A DNA stretch of 64,000 bases from Amoeboaphelidium protococcarum X5 (GCA_023515725.1 JALDTO010000206.1:330189-394188); one strand, 5' to 3'; counted from the first letter of the stretch, positions 1 through 16,086 are shown. Notes: a model not told the origin generated them from the letters alone. Program-made: numbers and translations.

Positions 1-344
1 TCACTAAGGCTATGAGTTAATACGACAGCAAATCTGATACTAGGCAATCAAGTTCAAGTGAACTGGTGTTATAGTGGATTGGATCTATGAAGAAGGCCTT
101 ATCCTTGAAGTTATGATATAGATATGTGACATATAAATTGAAACTGTATCAAATATAATGCCTCGTAGTAAGTAGTTAGTAAAACCATTGTGACGCGAGA
201 CGCGACTTCCCCCTTTCAACAGCTTGAGAATTGCGCGCGCGATCTTTTCCTCTCTTCTCTTCCATTGAGCTTTCTCTCGTATCTTCTCATACTAACTCTT
301 ATCTTAGTATTGCGGTTTAATATATATCCCTAAAATTAATAAAT

Positions 345-2681
345 ATGTCCAAGATATTTTACAAATTTAAGAGTTAGCGAGAGTACAAGACAATTGTGTT
401 TGACGGACTCAGTATCAGTGTCTTTGATGTGAAGCGGGAGATTTTATTGCAGCAGAAGCTGGATGGTGTGGACTTTGATTTGGAGTTGCAGGATGCTGCC
501 AGCGAGACTATCTACTATGAGGATAGTTAGATGATTTAGCGAAATGCATCGCTGTATGTCAGAAGAGTTCCTGCAAAGGCACCTCATAGTGCAGCGAAAT
601 ATCTGGCTGGTTTGGGTGATTAGAATGCATCCACTAGCGGTCGAGATTAACAGAGCGTGATGCAGAGCGGTCTCCCTTCACTCGCTCAATTTGGTTCTTC
701 CTCTCTACCAGGATTGGGTGGCAACATAACTAGTTAGTCGTCAGCGGCACCTTAATACCCTCAGTTCTATGGACTTCCTGGACTTTCATCTGCTGCCAAC
801 TAGTTTACTCAAGCACAGCAAGTCAAAAGGGGACTAATTCAAGGTGAGACTGAGGAAGATTAGATCAGGTAGCTGTTTGAGTAGTCTGGCCAGTAATGGG
901 ATTAATAGCAGTCATAGATTGGCCAGAGTTAATAAGGTAAAATGTAAAATATGATGATGCAAGGCAATAGAGCAGCAGGCACCGGTAGAAATGGATAGTA
1001 TTAGAACACTCACTTGGATCCGAATAAGCCTCCACCGCCCAATTATACTTGTCATCGCTGTGGAATCAAAGGTCATTATATTCAGTTCTGTCCCACTTGG
1101 AATAATCCTGCTTTCGATAACATTCGCATCAAGAAGACTACCGGTATTCCCCGCTCGTTCTTGAAGACTATTGGTAATATCACAGACTCTAATTTCACGG
1201 GCGCCGGTGCTGAAGGGAATGGTGAAGATAATGGAGGAGGAGTTAAAGCGATGGACGCTAGTTCACTTAATCCTTAAAAGCTTGAGGAAATGGGAGCCAA
1301 GTCTATAATGATCACACCTGAAGGTCAAGTTGTGATTGCACAAGTCAATGATGCATCGTTTAACAGATAGCTCCGCCGGGCTGGAGATGCAATGATGAGC
1401 AGTAGAGCTGGTGGCGGGCTCATGAACGATACTCTACGTGAATAGGCCAAGTAGCTGGAAGAGAGCGGAGTTGAGGAAAAGGGGCGCTTCATGAAGAAGA
1501 ATCTCATGTGTTCTATATGCGCCAATCTATTTAAAGAAGCTGTGAACATGGACTGCTGTAAACAGAAATACTGCCTGCAATGTACATAGTAAAAACTGAC
1601 CGAGTCTGCTGTGTAAGACGTTAATAACTAGCAAGTAATTATGCATTGTCCGAATTGTAATAAAGAAGTTGATTTTGATTCTCTTATCACAGATAAGCCT
1701 ATGCGTGCACAGGTTGATTTACACTTGAGATTCGTGGCGTAATACTTGAAAAAAACTGCCGGCACCGATAGTGGTGGTGCTGATGGTACTTCAACAGCGG
1801 GCGGTAAAGTGTCTTATAATAGCAGTATGGGTGACAATGTTGTAATTAAAATGAATGACAATACGAAAGAATATACAGCTTTCTACAACGGTGTAGCTTT
1901 GCCTTACAAGTGCGGTCCCGATGGCTTGCCAGTGCATGTGAGCAATAACAGTGCGGAACTTGCGCGCTTAAGATTCGATCCTCACTTTGAACCTCATCCG
2001 TCTGGTAGAATAGCGATTTATGATTTCACAGATGACAGGTCCAGAATTTATGATTCCAAGTATTTTGTGCGAGTGCAGAGCGAAATGAAAAACTGTCATG
2101 TTCTCATGTCTCGCCACTCTGCTGGTGGAGATTAGAGCTCAATCATAGATAAGGGAGACTATATGGACTCTACCCGCAGCGTTTCGGCATAATTGGATAA
2201 ACACCCGAGAGAGCCTCCTGCTTGGACATGGCCAGCTTATGACCGGGAAATGGAAGATCTTAATGATTATCTCATAAAGATTGATGGCCAGGAATTTAAC
2301 TAGGATGATCTGGATCGCTTGAAGCCTCCACCACCAAAGAGTAGCAGGCGTGATTATAACAATTAGAACGGCAATGCTAAGAGGTAACGATCTCCATCAG
2401 TATCGAACACAGTCAAGTCTAGAGAGTCTGGCAGCAATTAACCGCGTTAAGCATCTTAATCTGTGGATAAATATCAGCATAATGATCAGTATTAGCGCAA
2501 ATAGTATCGATCGAGATCTCCAAGTTAGAATTACTAGAGCAACTATTAAAGCTATCAAGGCCGTGATCGCTCTGTTGAATATGCTCCCGGCCAGCGACAC
2601 TAAAGTCGCGATTATTATCACGGATATCGCCAATAACAAGATCCATATTAGTCATACTACTATCAAGAATATTAACAGTGA
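345..2681 (+). CDS. MPE1: MPE1/RBBP6-like cleavage and polyadenylation factor (DWNN ubiquitin-like domain, CCHC zinc knuckle, RING-like region)
   Basis: With TAR=Gln there is one frame from ATG 345 (MSKIFYKFKSQREYKTIVFDG...SLYVRRVP, DWNN) through PPPNYTCHRCGIKGHYIQFCPT...RIKKTTGIPRSFL and LMCSICANLFKEAVNMDCC to TGA 2679-2681. It joins track ORFs 1014 and 1746. Confidence 0.9.
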
Positions 2682-2860
2682 TATTACATTTGCAATTGCT
2701 AAATACTAAATATAAGGATTTTATAACTATCGTCTTTTTTATAATGCTGTCATGTGGGCTTTGATTCGAACTTAAGATCAACTTTCTCTTCTCTTAAGCA
2801 GCGTAAAATCTCAATCTAAAAGCATTCAGTGTCTAATAAGCGCGTTATACAATTTAATCA

Positions 2861-4036
2861 ATGAATATTTAGAGGCGATTTCGTAATTATTTGAATGAAG
2901 CGGTGGAATTTGTGAGGTAGCACAAGAGGCAAATGATTGTACTGGCGTTGATTCTAATCGTATCTGGCATCTTATTTCTGGTGTTTTATCTCAATCGCAA
3001 TCAAATCATATCCGCCGCGGACTGGCTGAAGAAGGATTATTTGCCTAGTCATACATGGTAATCTAGACTGATTATAGTTGGCATGCTGATAGCCACGTCA
3101 TTCCCACCTCTCATAGGATATGGCCTGACTCTGACACTGAGCGGATGGCTTTTTGGTGTTTGGGGCGGATTCGCTATAAACTTTGTCGGAGCTCTGCTGG
3201 GCGCGTCTCTTTGCTTTGCCGTCACGCGCTTTGTATTTAAACGTCGCGGTCACCGGAGCTCCATTATTGGCACGTCAGCATTATAGTAGCAATCGTTGCA
3301 TCTAAATCCTTCACAATAAGCACATTATGACTCTACCTAGGATCCGTCCTTGGCTTCAAGTTTGCTGTAGGTCAATCATGATTATGATCACAATGATGGT
3401 TCACATGATCAATTATTAGATTCTTCCATGATGCCAAGATTTATAGATGCTAATGCAGAGTATGTACCGCTCACGCCACGTCATCAATAGTCCCACCGTG
3501 ATTCAGACAACGCTAGTAGTGTCTAGAGTATTATAGACATCATACGGGCACCCCAGAAGAAGTCTGAAAATCTTTTGAGTTCCCTGTCGCGGTATCTGTC
3601 CAAGAATCCTCACGAATGTCTCAAGATGATCATCTTGCTCAGACTCGCCCCGTATCCGTACACTCTACTCAATATCACTCTACCCAATATTGACTCAGTT
3701 CCAATGCACAAATTTGTTATTGGAACCGCAGTTTCCCTGGTAAAGACTATACTACATGCCATGGTGGGATCTCAGCTCGATGATTTCGCTGAAGCAATCA
3801 GACATGGCGGCGTTCCTAGTGGTGGTGGTAATGGAAATAAAGTGGTTAAAATATTGGAATGGACCGGTCTTGGTATTGCATCTCTCTTCGCTGTCGTTGG
3901 AGGATATTACATCTTTTTCATGATTCAGAAAGCTTTACGGTAAGTATAATAAGACGATCATGATGAAGCAATGGGGAGTGCCCTCTCTGTATCTCTAGAG
4001 CAACAAGCGAATAACGCTTTGGTCCAGCCTGTATGA
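2861..4036 (+). CDS. TVP38: TVP38/TMEM64-like SNARE-associated Golgi (VTT/DedA family) membrane protein
   Basis: Motifs TSFPPLIGYG...GWLFGVWGGF and LLRLAPYPYTLLN. Track ORFs 3083 and 3575 share a frame; ATG 2861 to TGA 4034-4036. Confidence 0.8.
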
Positions 4037-4144
4037 TTGCTTTTAATTCAAACTCGCATATTCGTATTAAAATTGTTAATGATAATAAAGGTTTATGCCT
4101 CATTTAAATTCAATTTTTTAATTAAATTGATCATAATCTCAAGT

Positions 4145-5301
4145 TCAACTAGCGGATGTGTAAAAGTAAATCTTGTCCCAGAGTGGTATGTACTCGTGAA
4201 GGATTCCGGTGAATATGGACACTATCGGAATTTTAGTATTGCAAATAGCTTCCAGCTGGCCTTTAGTGAATTCAGAGTACATTGGATTTCTGAGTAGGTA
4301 ATAAAGTAGCAACCAGAGTCTTTTGTTCAGTTCATCTCTTTCCAACATGGTGAATGTTTTAGTTCTACTGATCATTTAACTACTATTGGTATGTAATCGA
4401 GTCGCCGCAAGAAACTTCAATACATCTGGAAGTCTCTATAGCATCTAAAGCAACTTACCTCTCATCATACATTGAGCCATAGAATCAACAGCGAGAGACG
4501 TTAACCAAGGCTTCCAACTTTTGGCGCCATACTTTTTCAGAAGCCACGCATACAGCACAGGTCGCACCCAGTATAATATTTCTCCGGCCAAACTTTCGCC
4601 AGTCATGGATTTAACTAAGTTCTATGGTTTTCTCATTTTGGACTCCATAGCTTTATTTACCAGGTATTGATCAATATCACCAGAGGGAAGCTTCTACTTT
4701 TGCGATAATCCGCCATCCTGCTCGTCAAGATCATCACCAATTAAATCACTGTTGACCAACTCATGTTAACGCTCAGGAACCGCTGTGCTGAGAACCATCC
4801 TGTAATTGCCCTTATGCATTATGAACATACGCGCCACAAACTTGCACAGCTCAGTGATCATTATAAAATTGATGTGCACCTCATCGCCAAAGAACTTTCG
4901 CACAGTCAACTCTACTAGAATCTGCAAGTGTTGGGTAACTGCCAATAAGTGGGACACAGTGTTCACTGGACTAGATTGCTGCAACAGCCACCGTATGTAG
5001 AGATTAAAAGGACTTGTCTACTAGGTTGTCAACAGTTTAGGATACTTTTTTGCCAGTATGTTGTCATAGTACATTCCAACCAAATTAAGGCACGCGTATA
5101 GTCCCTCAGACACAAACTCGGCATCTTCAAAACGGCCTACAAAAAGTATCCATAAAATAACATGCTATTAATTCAGCAAAAGGCGTTAAAAACAGCAGAA
5201 AGCATACCTGGCAGTATGTATGTGAGCGTGCGCAGAGTAGACTCAAAAGTCTAGAACTGATGCGAGTGCTTCAGCAGCATCTAATCTAGTTTCTCGCTCA
5301 T
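4145..5301 (-). CDS. PEX16: Peroxisomal biogenesis factor 16 (2 exons; intron 5137-5207)
   Basis: N-terminal ESTLRTLTYILPG|RFEDAEFVSEGLY after splicing; C-terminal ERDELNKRLWLLLYYLLRNPMY...YFYTSAS then TGA. Confidence 0.9.
5137..5207 (-). other. Spliceosomal intron, 71 nt (GTATGC...TTTTTGTAG)
   Basis: Removal restores the PEX16 LPGRF motif and the reading frame. Confidence 0.85.
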
Positions 5302-5664
5302 TGTGGAACGTTTAAATTGTCTCGCGTGAAGAATGAAGGAAGAGTAAATAACCATGGTCAAGTGGCGAAATAACTGTTAGCCCTGTATGAATACTTTTCA
5401 GATTATCAGTGCACGCTACTTATTCAATTTATCTAGAGCTGTCGTGCTTATATCAAAGATAAATGTAATGCTCTTTCGGAAGACTGATGTGAAAGCTCGA
5501 TCAAGAGCTACTCCAGATTGGATTTCCAAAGTGATAAAAATAGCACATCCTTTTGAGTCCTATATTTTAAGGATTATAAATCAGCGACTTTTCAGTTCAC
5601 TAATAGTTATTCCAAGCTCTATATACTTAAAAATTGGTAATCTAAGGAAGGTAAGAATTACATC

Positions 5665-7668
5665 ATGTTCCAAATACTGACTGTAATTTTACTGTGGTGG
5701 CTATTGAAAGTCTATGCATAAAGTTCGACCGTTACAACTACGCAGTTGAATGCTGAAACAACAACGACTGGCGGTAGCTTATCGGTATTCCGTGCAACAT
5801 CATCATAGACTGTGCAATACTATACAACAACCACAATAACTAAAAATAATAATGAAATTAATATCTATGGATGGAAGTTGGATTTCTCAACTCCCACTAC
5901 GCAGGCATAGATTTACGGCGGAGGTGGTTTCCTGTTGCTGATTATCCTTATCAGTATTGCCTACTGTTGCAGTCGAAGAAGACACGCGCGCCGAGTCAAG
6001 AAACGGCTGGACTTGAAACGTGGAAGCAAGTTGAGTATTGTGGTGAATGATGATGGATAATCTGGACTCGGATCGAGAGGCCAGATGGGTAAAGGCTCAA
6101 CTCTGTCCCTGGCGGAGAAGAAGGCACAGCGCGAGAGTGAGTATAATGCCATCAAGTCTGCAATGGCAAAATCTAGGGAGAATATTAGTAGCTCTGGTGA
6201 TATTTCGCGCTAAAAGTCACCATCAAGCACGTACAATCCAAAGTAGAATTAGTCCACCGGCATTACGCAGTCATCAGTGGTATCTGTATCTGCTGCTACC
6301 GAATAAGTCAAGTCGATCCATAATTCCTCGTAAGCTCTTGAGCAAGTCACTTCGAAATCTGGGACGCAAAGAGTAGTTTAATTTGATTTGCCGAAAGATT
6401 AAGCATAAGCGTAAGTCCAGGTTTCTGATATTCCGATCGCCTAACTTGCTGATTAACGGGTTATAGCTCCTCCTCCTTTGCCGTCAGGGTCTAAAAAGCC
6501 GCAGACTCCTCTTGTATCTATTCCAACTGAACAAGAAGCTGTTAATGCCCCAGTCATCACTAAAGCAAAGCCTCAGCTGCCTCCAGTCCCTATAGCTACC
6601 AAGCCTAATATCGAGTAGATTTCGAGTGCGATTGGTCAGAGTGCATCTACTTAGGCAAAGTAATCTGGAAAAGACGCTGGCGTAGGTATGGTAAATACTT
6701 AGAGTAGCAAAATTCAGGAAGTGCAAAATCAGTAACGTCCATTCTCGTAGGCTGTAACTACAGGAGGAACCATGAAGGCGAATCAATATGCTTCTATTGA
6801 CGTACTTAAGCCATCCGCGACAGTAAATCGACCGAAATCTGCTTTTGCACCTGGACAAGATTCAATCAACAAGACTGTCCATGGTACAGAGTAAGGAGCA
6901 TTTTAGAGGCCGCCTTTACCCTCTGCTTTCAAGCCAGGTAATTCCGTCCAGAGTGATAGCTAGAAACAAGACTCCACTACTGATTAGCATATGTTGTCCA
7001 TTAACAATCTAGCAAGTATGGCCAGCATTGGAAGTTAGCTAGAGTTATCCAATCTCACAGCAGAGATCAACGCTGCCATTAATGTGAAATTGGGCAATGA
7101 TAAATTTGGTACAGCTGCGTCATAGTAATAGATTGCAGCAAATAGCTCTTCGCTCAAGGCCATACCTAATAGTGACTCTAGGTAGATTTCAAATTAAACT
7201 AATAACAGTAGCAATAGTTCGACTCACAGGCCATTTGAGCCTAATGTTAGCTCATAATAGTTTGGCGGTGCTGTGGGAGAAAGTGCTGGAAATTTCAATA
7301 TGTAAAAACCAATGTCGCAACCATCAATCTAAAGTTCCATTTAAAAGCCACCACCATTGCCACCTTCTAGAGATGTAAACGGTGGTAATAATGTTGGAAG
7401 TCCATTGGTTGCCACAAAAGCCGCTATCAAAGCATCGAGAGGATCAGTTCATTACGCGTCTGCAAAGAAGGTTGAGCTGAAGGCAGTTAAATCGTTAAAA
7501 GGGTAATATATGTAATAAAATGCTGCTGGATAGAAATAGAAGGATGATGTCCCATCAGTTGAGAGTAACAACAAAACCACAGCTAATACGTAATCAGTGC
7601 TGTCCATCGCCGACTTGGACGACATCAGTAAGCAGTTGGAGAGTTTGGCATCGGAATTGGATCTTTGA
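5665..7668 (+). CDS. Hypothetical type I membrane protein (signal peptide, short Thr-rich ectodomain, one TM helix, long Pro/Gln/Ser-rich cytoplasmic tail)
   Basis: MFQILTVILLWWLLKVYAQSSTVTTT signal-like start; TM GGGFLLLIILISIAYCC followed by SRRRHARR; table-6 frame ends at TGA 7666-7668. Confidence 0.7.
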
Positions 7669-7843
7669 AATGTGTTTATTGATGGAATATCAAAAAGTAA
7701 TAAAAAACTATAGTACAATCACATCCATATAGGATTCAAATTTCTTAAAGTATTTCTATTGAAGAGTAAAAATTCATTCGATCTTTGAGGAGATAACATA
7801 GATATCGGAGAACCACCATTTTCAACTAAAACGCCAAAAGTCA

Positions 7844-9001
7844 TCACAACTGAAGCTTCTCATTAGCCAAGTATATTATAGACTCGTAACAGAAGAACAT
7901 AATCGCAGCATTCGGGACAGTCCTGAGGAGATGCGCGCCAAGTCCACCATAGAAGGCCAACAGACCTTCAGTCCTCCACACCTACTTAACCACATCAGTC
8001 ATTCCAGAATACTTTGGCTACCCAATTGTGATGGCGCGGCCTTCGGCATTGACAGAATTAATAGTCGTCACCTGACGCATCCTGGTACGCAATACCTCAT
8101 GCGGATACGTACTTATGGAGGCAATGAACTTTGCAACACCGGCAACCAGTAGATTATCTACCATTTAACTCGCCATCTGTGACTACTATTACATCTACAC
8201 ATGATCTCCATCAGCGGTACCTCTAAATTGCCTCATGCTCTTCTTCAACTTCTCATACACCACCCACTGCATAGTCTACTCAGCTATACCAAGATACGAA
8301 GCTGTAAGACCGCGAAATAGTCCTTTAACACCCTCTTACTTTACCACCTGAATCATACAGTCGAAACTATTCTTATAATACACACCAGATGGTGACGGAG
8401 CCGGTACAGCGATTGACATTCCATGAGCCTATCTCTTCATGATTCCATTAATATTCTTTGACGACGATGATGATGATTACGATTAAGATGACAAACTTTT
8501 ATTAACAGGTGATTAACCAGACATGACGTTGGGCGATGATTGACGACGTTGATTCTGCAATTACATACGCGTCTTAATAAGCCAGATAGGATTAGTGAAG
8601 GTGGCTGTAGTAAAGCCAGCAGTCGCGGCAGATATCAAATGAATGAGAGATGATTCTCGGCCACTGTTCAATCTCAGATCATGAGTAAAGTATTGTTTAG
8701 CCGATGCATAAGTGCTAAAATAGATGGCTCTGGATGGAATTACACCTAGCAGATTAGGACCGAGACCTTTCCACAGTCCTCTAATACCTTCATTATGCCT
8801 GATCTCCTTGAGCATAAACACAATACCCCTCCCGCTTCCATTCTTGTGATATGTAGATGACTGCTGGCGAGTCTTGACAACTTCAAGTGGACACGTAATC
8901 ACAGCTCCGATCGTACCACCGACACCGCCAGCCATAAAGTGGACCAATGGATTTACTTTACCAACCGCGGCGACTTTTTTGCTATTCTCATTCGATGTCA
9001 T
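7844..9001 (-). CDS. RIM2: Mitochondrial pyrimidine nucleotide carrier (RIM2/SLC25A33-36 family)
   Basis: HFMAGGVGGTIGAVITCPLEVVKTR, GLGPNLLGVIPSRAIYF, TNPIWLIKTRMQL, YPHEVLRTR, HLLRTVPNAAIMF; ends in TGA TGA. Confidence 0.88.
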
Positions 9002-9298
9002 TATTATAATAAGTAGAATCTGTATCGAATATTTGGATTAGATATGAATCAACCGATAATCAATGAGGTATTGTTTCGATCTCGCAGTGACAACGAGAAG
9101 AAGCTTTTTGCTGTAAAGATTTGCACAGTTTTCGCGCTCTTCTTTCAATGCCACTCAGGCTGCTCCTTTTGACTTTACGCGTATCGCGTTACTTTACTTT
9201 TGTCTTTTTCTACACAGAAGAAGATTTAGATAATATCGACCTATAGTAATTCTTATTAGCAGATACTTTCAGTGCAAAATTTTTAACAAAATACCGAA

Positions 9299-11506
<2,208 letters not shown>

Positions 11507-11617
11507 AATTTGTATCCGATTCATAGAATAGAATGCAAATATAATTAATCATTACACGAAACACTTTTGCAAATAAACAGTACACTCGATAAAGGTTGCA
11601 GTTATACATTAGGTAGA

Positions 11618-12391
11618 TCAGCATTCAACGAAAGACCAACTGATGGTGACGCGTCCCTTGTCTGGATCGTCAATTAGTGGGAAGAGAGGCTCGTTTAGAT
11701 CCAGAGCCCCAAATCCACAACCAGGACACAGATCAACCACTTGAGCCTTGGCACTACCTCTTGCACCAGTAATCTACACACATTTGCCACAGTTTTCCTT
11801 CTTGTTGTACTGAGCAGCATTCATAGCCACAACATAGGGGGAATCATGTGTGATTTCACAAGCTCCAAATCCAGAGACTGCAGTGTAATAAGTAGCATCG
11901 CCAGTAAACTCGCCACCAGCTGGTACTGCGGATTCAGTTGAAGGAGTTGCAGCTTCAGTGCTAGTAGAGGAGGAATCGGGTGTCTGGGTAGTTGTTTCAG
12001 ATGGAGTTGCAGATGGAGAAGGAGACGTGTCTTGAGTACTGCCTGTAGTAGACACGGTACTGTCAGTTTGAGTAGAAGTTGGCACAGCAGATGGAATTTG
12101 AACATCAGATGTAACAGACGGAGATGCACTTGCACTGGCAGAAGATTCAATTGTCGTCTGAGATGAGGAAGCAATAGCAGAGGCAGATACCGAAGATGTT
12201 GTTACAGAGGTAACTGCAGTCGTAGGGATACTCGGTTATAGAGAGGTATGAGAACCATCAGCTATCCAATACATAGAGCCACTTGGACCAACGATAGAAT
12301 GATAGCCTTGCATATCACCACGATCCTCGGATGTGATAGGAGATGCCATTGCACAAGCAGCAAACACTAGACACAGAGAGATTTTGTTCAT
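11618..12391 (-). CDS. Secreted expansin/loosenin-like protein (Ser/Thr-rich linker plus C-terminal RlpA-like DPBB domain)
   Basis: Signal MNKISLCLVFAACAMASP; S/T-rich stalk; GDATYY...GACEI...VVAMNAAQY...CGKCV...VVDLCPGCGFGALDL...GRVTISWSFVEC. Confidence 0.85.
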
Positions 12392-13091
12392 TGTTGTACT
12401 ATAAGATTGCAAATTTCAATTAAGACCAGATTATTGATTAAATTTCTTGAATGAGGATGAAGTAGATAGTTACCAAATCGTGCTTTTATAGCCGATAATC
12501 AATAAGTGGCTTTAATCTCAAACACTACCCGATTAGGCATATATGCAGTTCGAAACTCGGATCGATCCATCTGAAACGGGCCAATTCGAACATCTCAAGC
12601 CACTGATGACCTGGCATTAGCCGAAACGGCAACTGCTGCACTCGAGTCATGGTGAAATATCTGCCTGAATGGAGTAAATGGCATTGATAGTACAGACATA
12701 TACCCACCATCAGCGGACCATTGGTACTGAACAGTTAGAGGGGTAAGTATAACGCGTGTAGGACGAGGATCACGTCAGTCTTTCATAACACCATTTGATT
12801 AACTACACTTTTAATCGTTGTATGTCAAATATATATAATATTTGAATATAGCATGCAAATATCTTCAATAGCCAAGTTTGCTATATTATCAACAATCAAC
12901 TCACATCTTACAGCAAAAAGAGTGAGAGCATACACGTCGTCAAGTAACCAAAATAGAACTTGGCGACGTTGTAATAAACACACACCATTCTTGATTATTA
13001 CTGTTGATTTTATCCTACTAGCTAGATTATTCTATAATAATTGTGTATAACAGCCATTGTATTTATCTAGATTCAGATTGCCTGATTAATA

Positions 13092-14637
13092 ATGACAAGC
13101 TCATCAGCTAATCCAAACGACCTGTATGAGAAGGTAAGCCGTATCGGCAAAGGTTCATTCGGAGAGGTGTACAGAGGGATGGATAAACGCACAAAGATGC
13201 CGGTGGCAATTAAATTAATTGATTTGGAGAGGTAATTAATAATCATATTTCCTCTTATTTATCCAGTATCGTTACGATTAATCACTCTAACCATGTAGTG
13301 CTGAAGATGAGATTGATGACATTTAACAGGAGATCAAAATTATGGCTTAGCTTGATTCAGAATTTTGCACTAAATACTTTGGCAGTTACTTGGACAAGAC
13401 TACGCTGTGGATCATTATGGAGCTATGTGCTGGTGGCAGTTGCCTTGATTTGATGAAGCCAGGGCCTTTCGAAGAGGTGTTCATTGCCATCATTCTGCGT
13501 GAAGTGCTCAAAGGTTTGGAGTACCTGCATGCTAAGCAGAAGCTGCACAGAGACATCAAGGCTGCTAATATTCTACTAACTGCCGGTGGTGAAGTAAAGC
13601 TGGCGGATTTCGGTGTCTCTGGTCAAATCACAGCCACCATGACTAAGCGGTAGACGTTTGTGGGTACACCATTCTGGATGAGTCCCGAGGTGATCTCCCA
13701 ATCTGGCTATGATTACAGTGCTGATATCTGGTCTCTAGGCATCACTGCAATCGAGATGGCAAAAGGCGCACCACCACACTCTGATATGCATCCCATGCGC
13801 GTCCTGTTTATCATTCCTAAAAATGATCCACCAGTGCTGGAAGGTAACTTTAGCAAGGCGCTCAAGGAGTTTGTATCCCTCTGCCTGGTGAAGGACCCCA
13901 AAGGAAGACAGCCTGCCAAGGAATTGCTGAAGCATCGACTCATTAAGAGTGCCAAGAAGACCAGCTACCTCACTGAACTGATTGAGAGACACGAGCGCTT
14001 TATCGCCGAACATGGTGATGATGATAGTAGTGATGGCGAAGAGGACCGATCTAATGGCAAGAATAATGGCGAAGAAGCCAACTGGGATTTTGGTACGGTG
14101 AAAAAGCCAAATGCTGCTCAAGGTGTTGATGCTAGATAGTAGCAGTAGTAACCATCGAATGCACCTTAGCCCAATGCCTCTGCATCAGGTGTAATTTCAG
14201 ATGGTCAGGCCACTGTGAAACTCACCAGCAGCCCATACAATGTTGCAGCTAAGCCAATAGCGCCTACTCAGTAATTCAACACTGTAAAGCTGCCCTCTAG
14301 CGCAGTGCAAAACTTAAAATAGGAACAAAATTCCGTAAGAAAGGGATCATTGCCGTAGAGCTTCTAAGGCGGATACACATCTGAGTAGTCACTATCGTCT
14401 TCTCGATAACAAAATGGCCCTGCATTCGTACCGCCTCCAAAACCAGCTGCTGCACCTGATAAGTTTAAACTTGTGATTGAACCACTGCTACTTAACCTCC
14501 AGTCGGGCGCTAAATCACCAGCAGCCAACACTGCGTATGCTTCCATCAAGAAAGCCTTTGAAGATGCTGAAAAGTCAAGTCCTGGTGTGTCTGCACAATT
14601 CCTCGAGGAGATTGTGCAGAAGATGAGTCGAATTTGA
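13092..14637 (+). CDS. STE20-family GCK-III-type Ser/Thr kinase (MST3/MST4/STK25-like); intron 13232-13298
   Basis: [20 protein letters not shown]|[45 protein letters not shown]. Confidence 0.92.
13232..13298 (+). other. Spliceosomal intron, 67 nt (GTAATT...CTAAC...CATGTAG)
   Basis: Removal restores the kinase subdomain II-III sequence; CTAAC branch site is present. Confidence 0.88.
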
Positions 14638-14813
14638 TCCCTTTGAGACATACATACATGTTGATGATACTGATGATGATAATTATAGCTGTTGCTAGAA
14701 TTGAAAAAATAAGTTATTACAACCTAAAAATCTTGATAATTATTCTTGTATTCTGACCAACAATATTCATGGCATTAATTTGTCTCCCTCAATATTCATA
14801 AAGTAATGACCGT

Positions 14814-15905
14814 TCACTTGACCAACCACCATACAGATACGGCCTGGACTAGGGCAAAGACGAAGAGGAAATACACACGTCTCTTTCTACTAGAGGCACT
14901 CGAAGAACTTGTAGCAGCACTAGCAATAGTATTAGCGGCAGCAGAGTCAGTAGATGGAAGGATAACGTATCGCAGAGACCTGAGCACGAACAATCCAAGA
15001 GCAAATACAGAGTACAAGTATACAAAACCTCGTATAAACATATTGCCTGTAGCGAGAAATACAGTCTACACAAACAGAATGGTAATAAATTTGTATCCAG
15101 AGTACGCCACCAGGTCTGTGATGAAAACTAAATTCTCCGCCATATTAACATTGAGCAAATATACACCCAACCGAAGGAACATCACCTCAACCATAGTAAT
15201 CGCCAAAGCAGAAGTGGCTGTTATAGTCAATACATCTGGCTTAAATTTATTCTACAGACCCAACACCGCTCCGATAACCAGGATATAAGTGACAAATGCC
15301 ATCACTGGAATATACAAGTCTGGTGCATTTAAATCATATCGCGGTAACTTATATCCCTCCACATGACCAGAAATCTCGGAACGAATGAGCTGTCTATTCC
15401 ACTACTTGTGTCTGAATGGGAAGAGAAGAAGGAGCATCTTCTTTACCACATACTGATGATCCACGTTCCAGTACGGTCTCCAACTGGCCCAGCTGAACCA
15501 CTTATTTAAATTCTGAGACTGAACAAATTGTTGGCCCATACTGAAAGCCTGTGAGCCAACCATCTGGATAGCCTGAGGATTCATCATTAATTAGGTGGCT
15601 TGAGACGTGAAAAAGTCTTATTACTATTGCTGAGGATTCTATTAAGTATACATTCCCTGTGACTACTGCGGTTACTACTACTATGGTTACTACTACTAGA
15701 ATTGTCCATAGCCATATTACTATTATTGAGGTTGTTGTTGTTACTACTACTACTAAGCGTACTATTACTAGTTGTAATATTACGGCGGTTAATTATAAGC
15801 AGGTGCTCCTCCAGTCTTTTACTACTAACCACCAAACTACTACTACTGCGGATTGGCCTTATATTACTAATTTTACTGCTATTAATAATACTAATTCTGG
15901 TCCAT
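14814..15905 (-). CDS. YIF1: ER-Golgi transport membrane protein Yif1 with Gln/Tyr-rich N-terminus
   Basis: [62 protein letters not shown]. The N-terminus is poly-Gln encoded by a CAA/CAG/TAA/TAG mix. Confidence 0.92.
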
Positions 15906-16086
15906 TTTGTAAAATTAATCTCAACCTTGACACAATGTTGTTGTTGCAACTATAGTAATACCTCTAATATTTCGCTTATGAAGAAGAAAATCGTCAGGCC
16001 ACAGCTGAAGGAACAGACAGAGCGCGCGCACCGTTGAAAAATCGCGTTGAAATGACAATTGTTTCTATGATACACCCACCTTATCA

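Noticed and set aside
1-190. Minus-strand gene start at the left edge
   Set aside because: Frames beginning with ATG close at TGA within the segment, and the open frame lacks a start; cannot be called.
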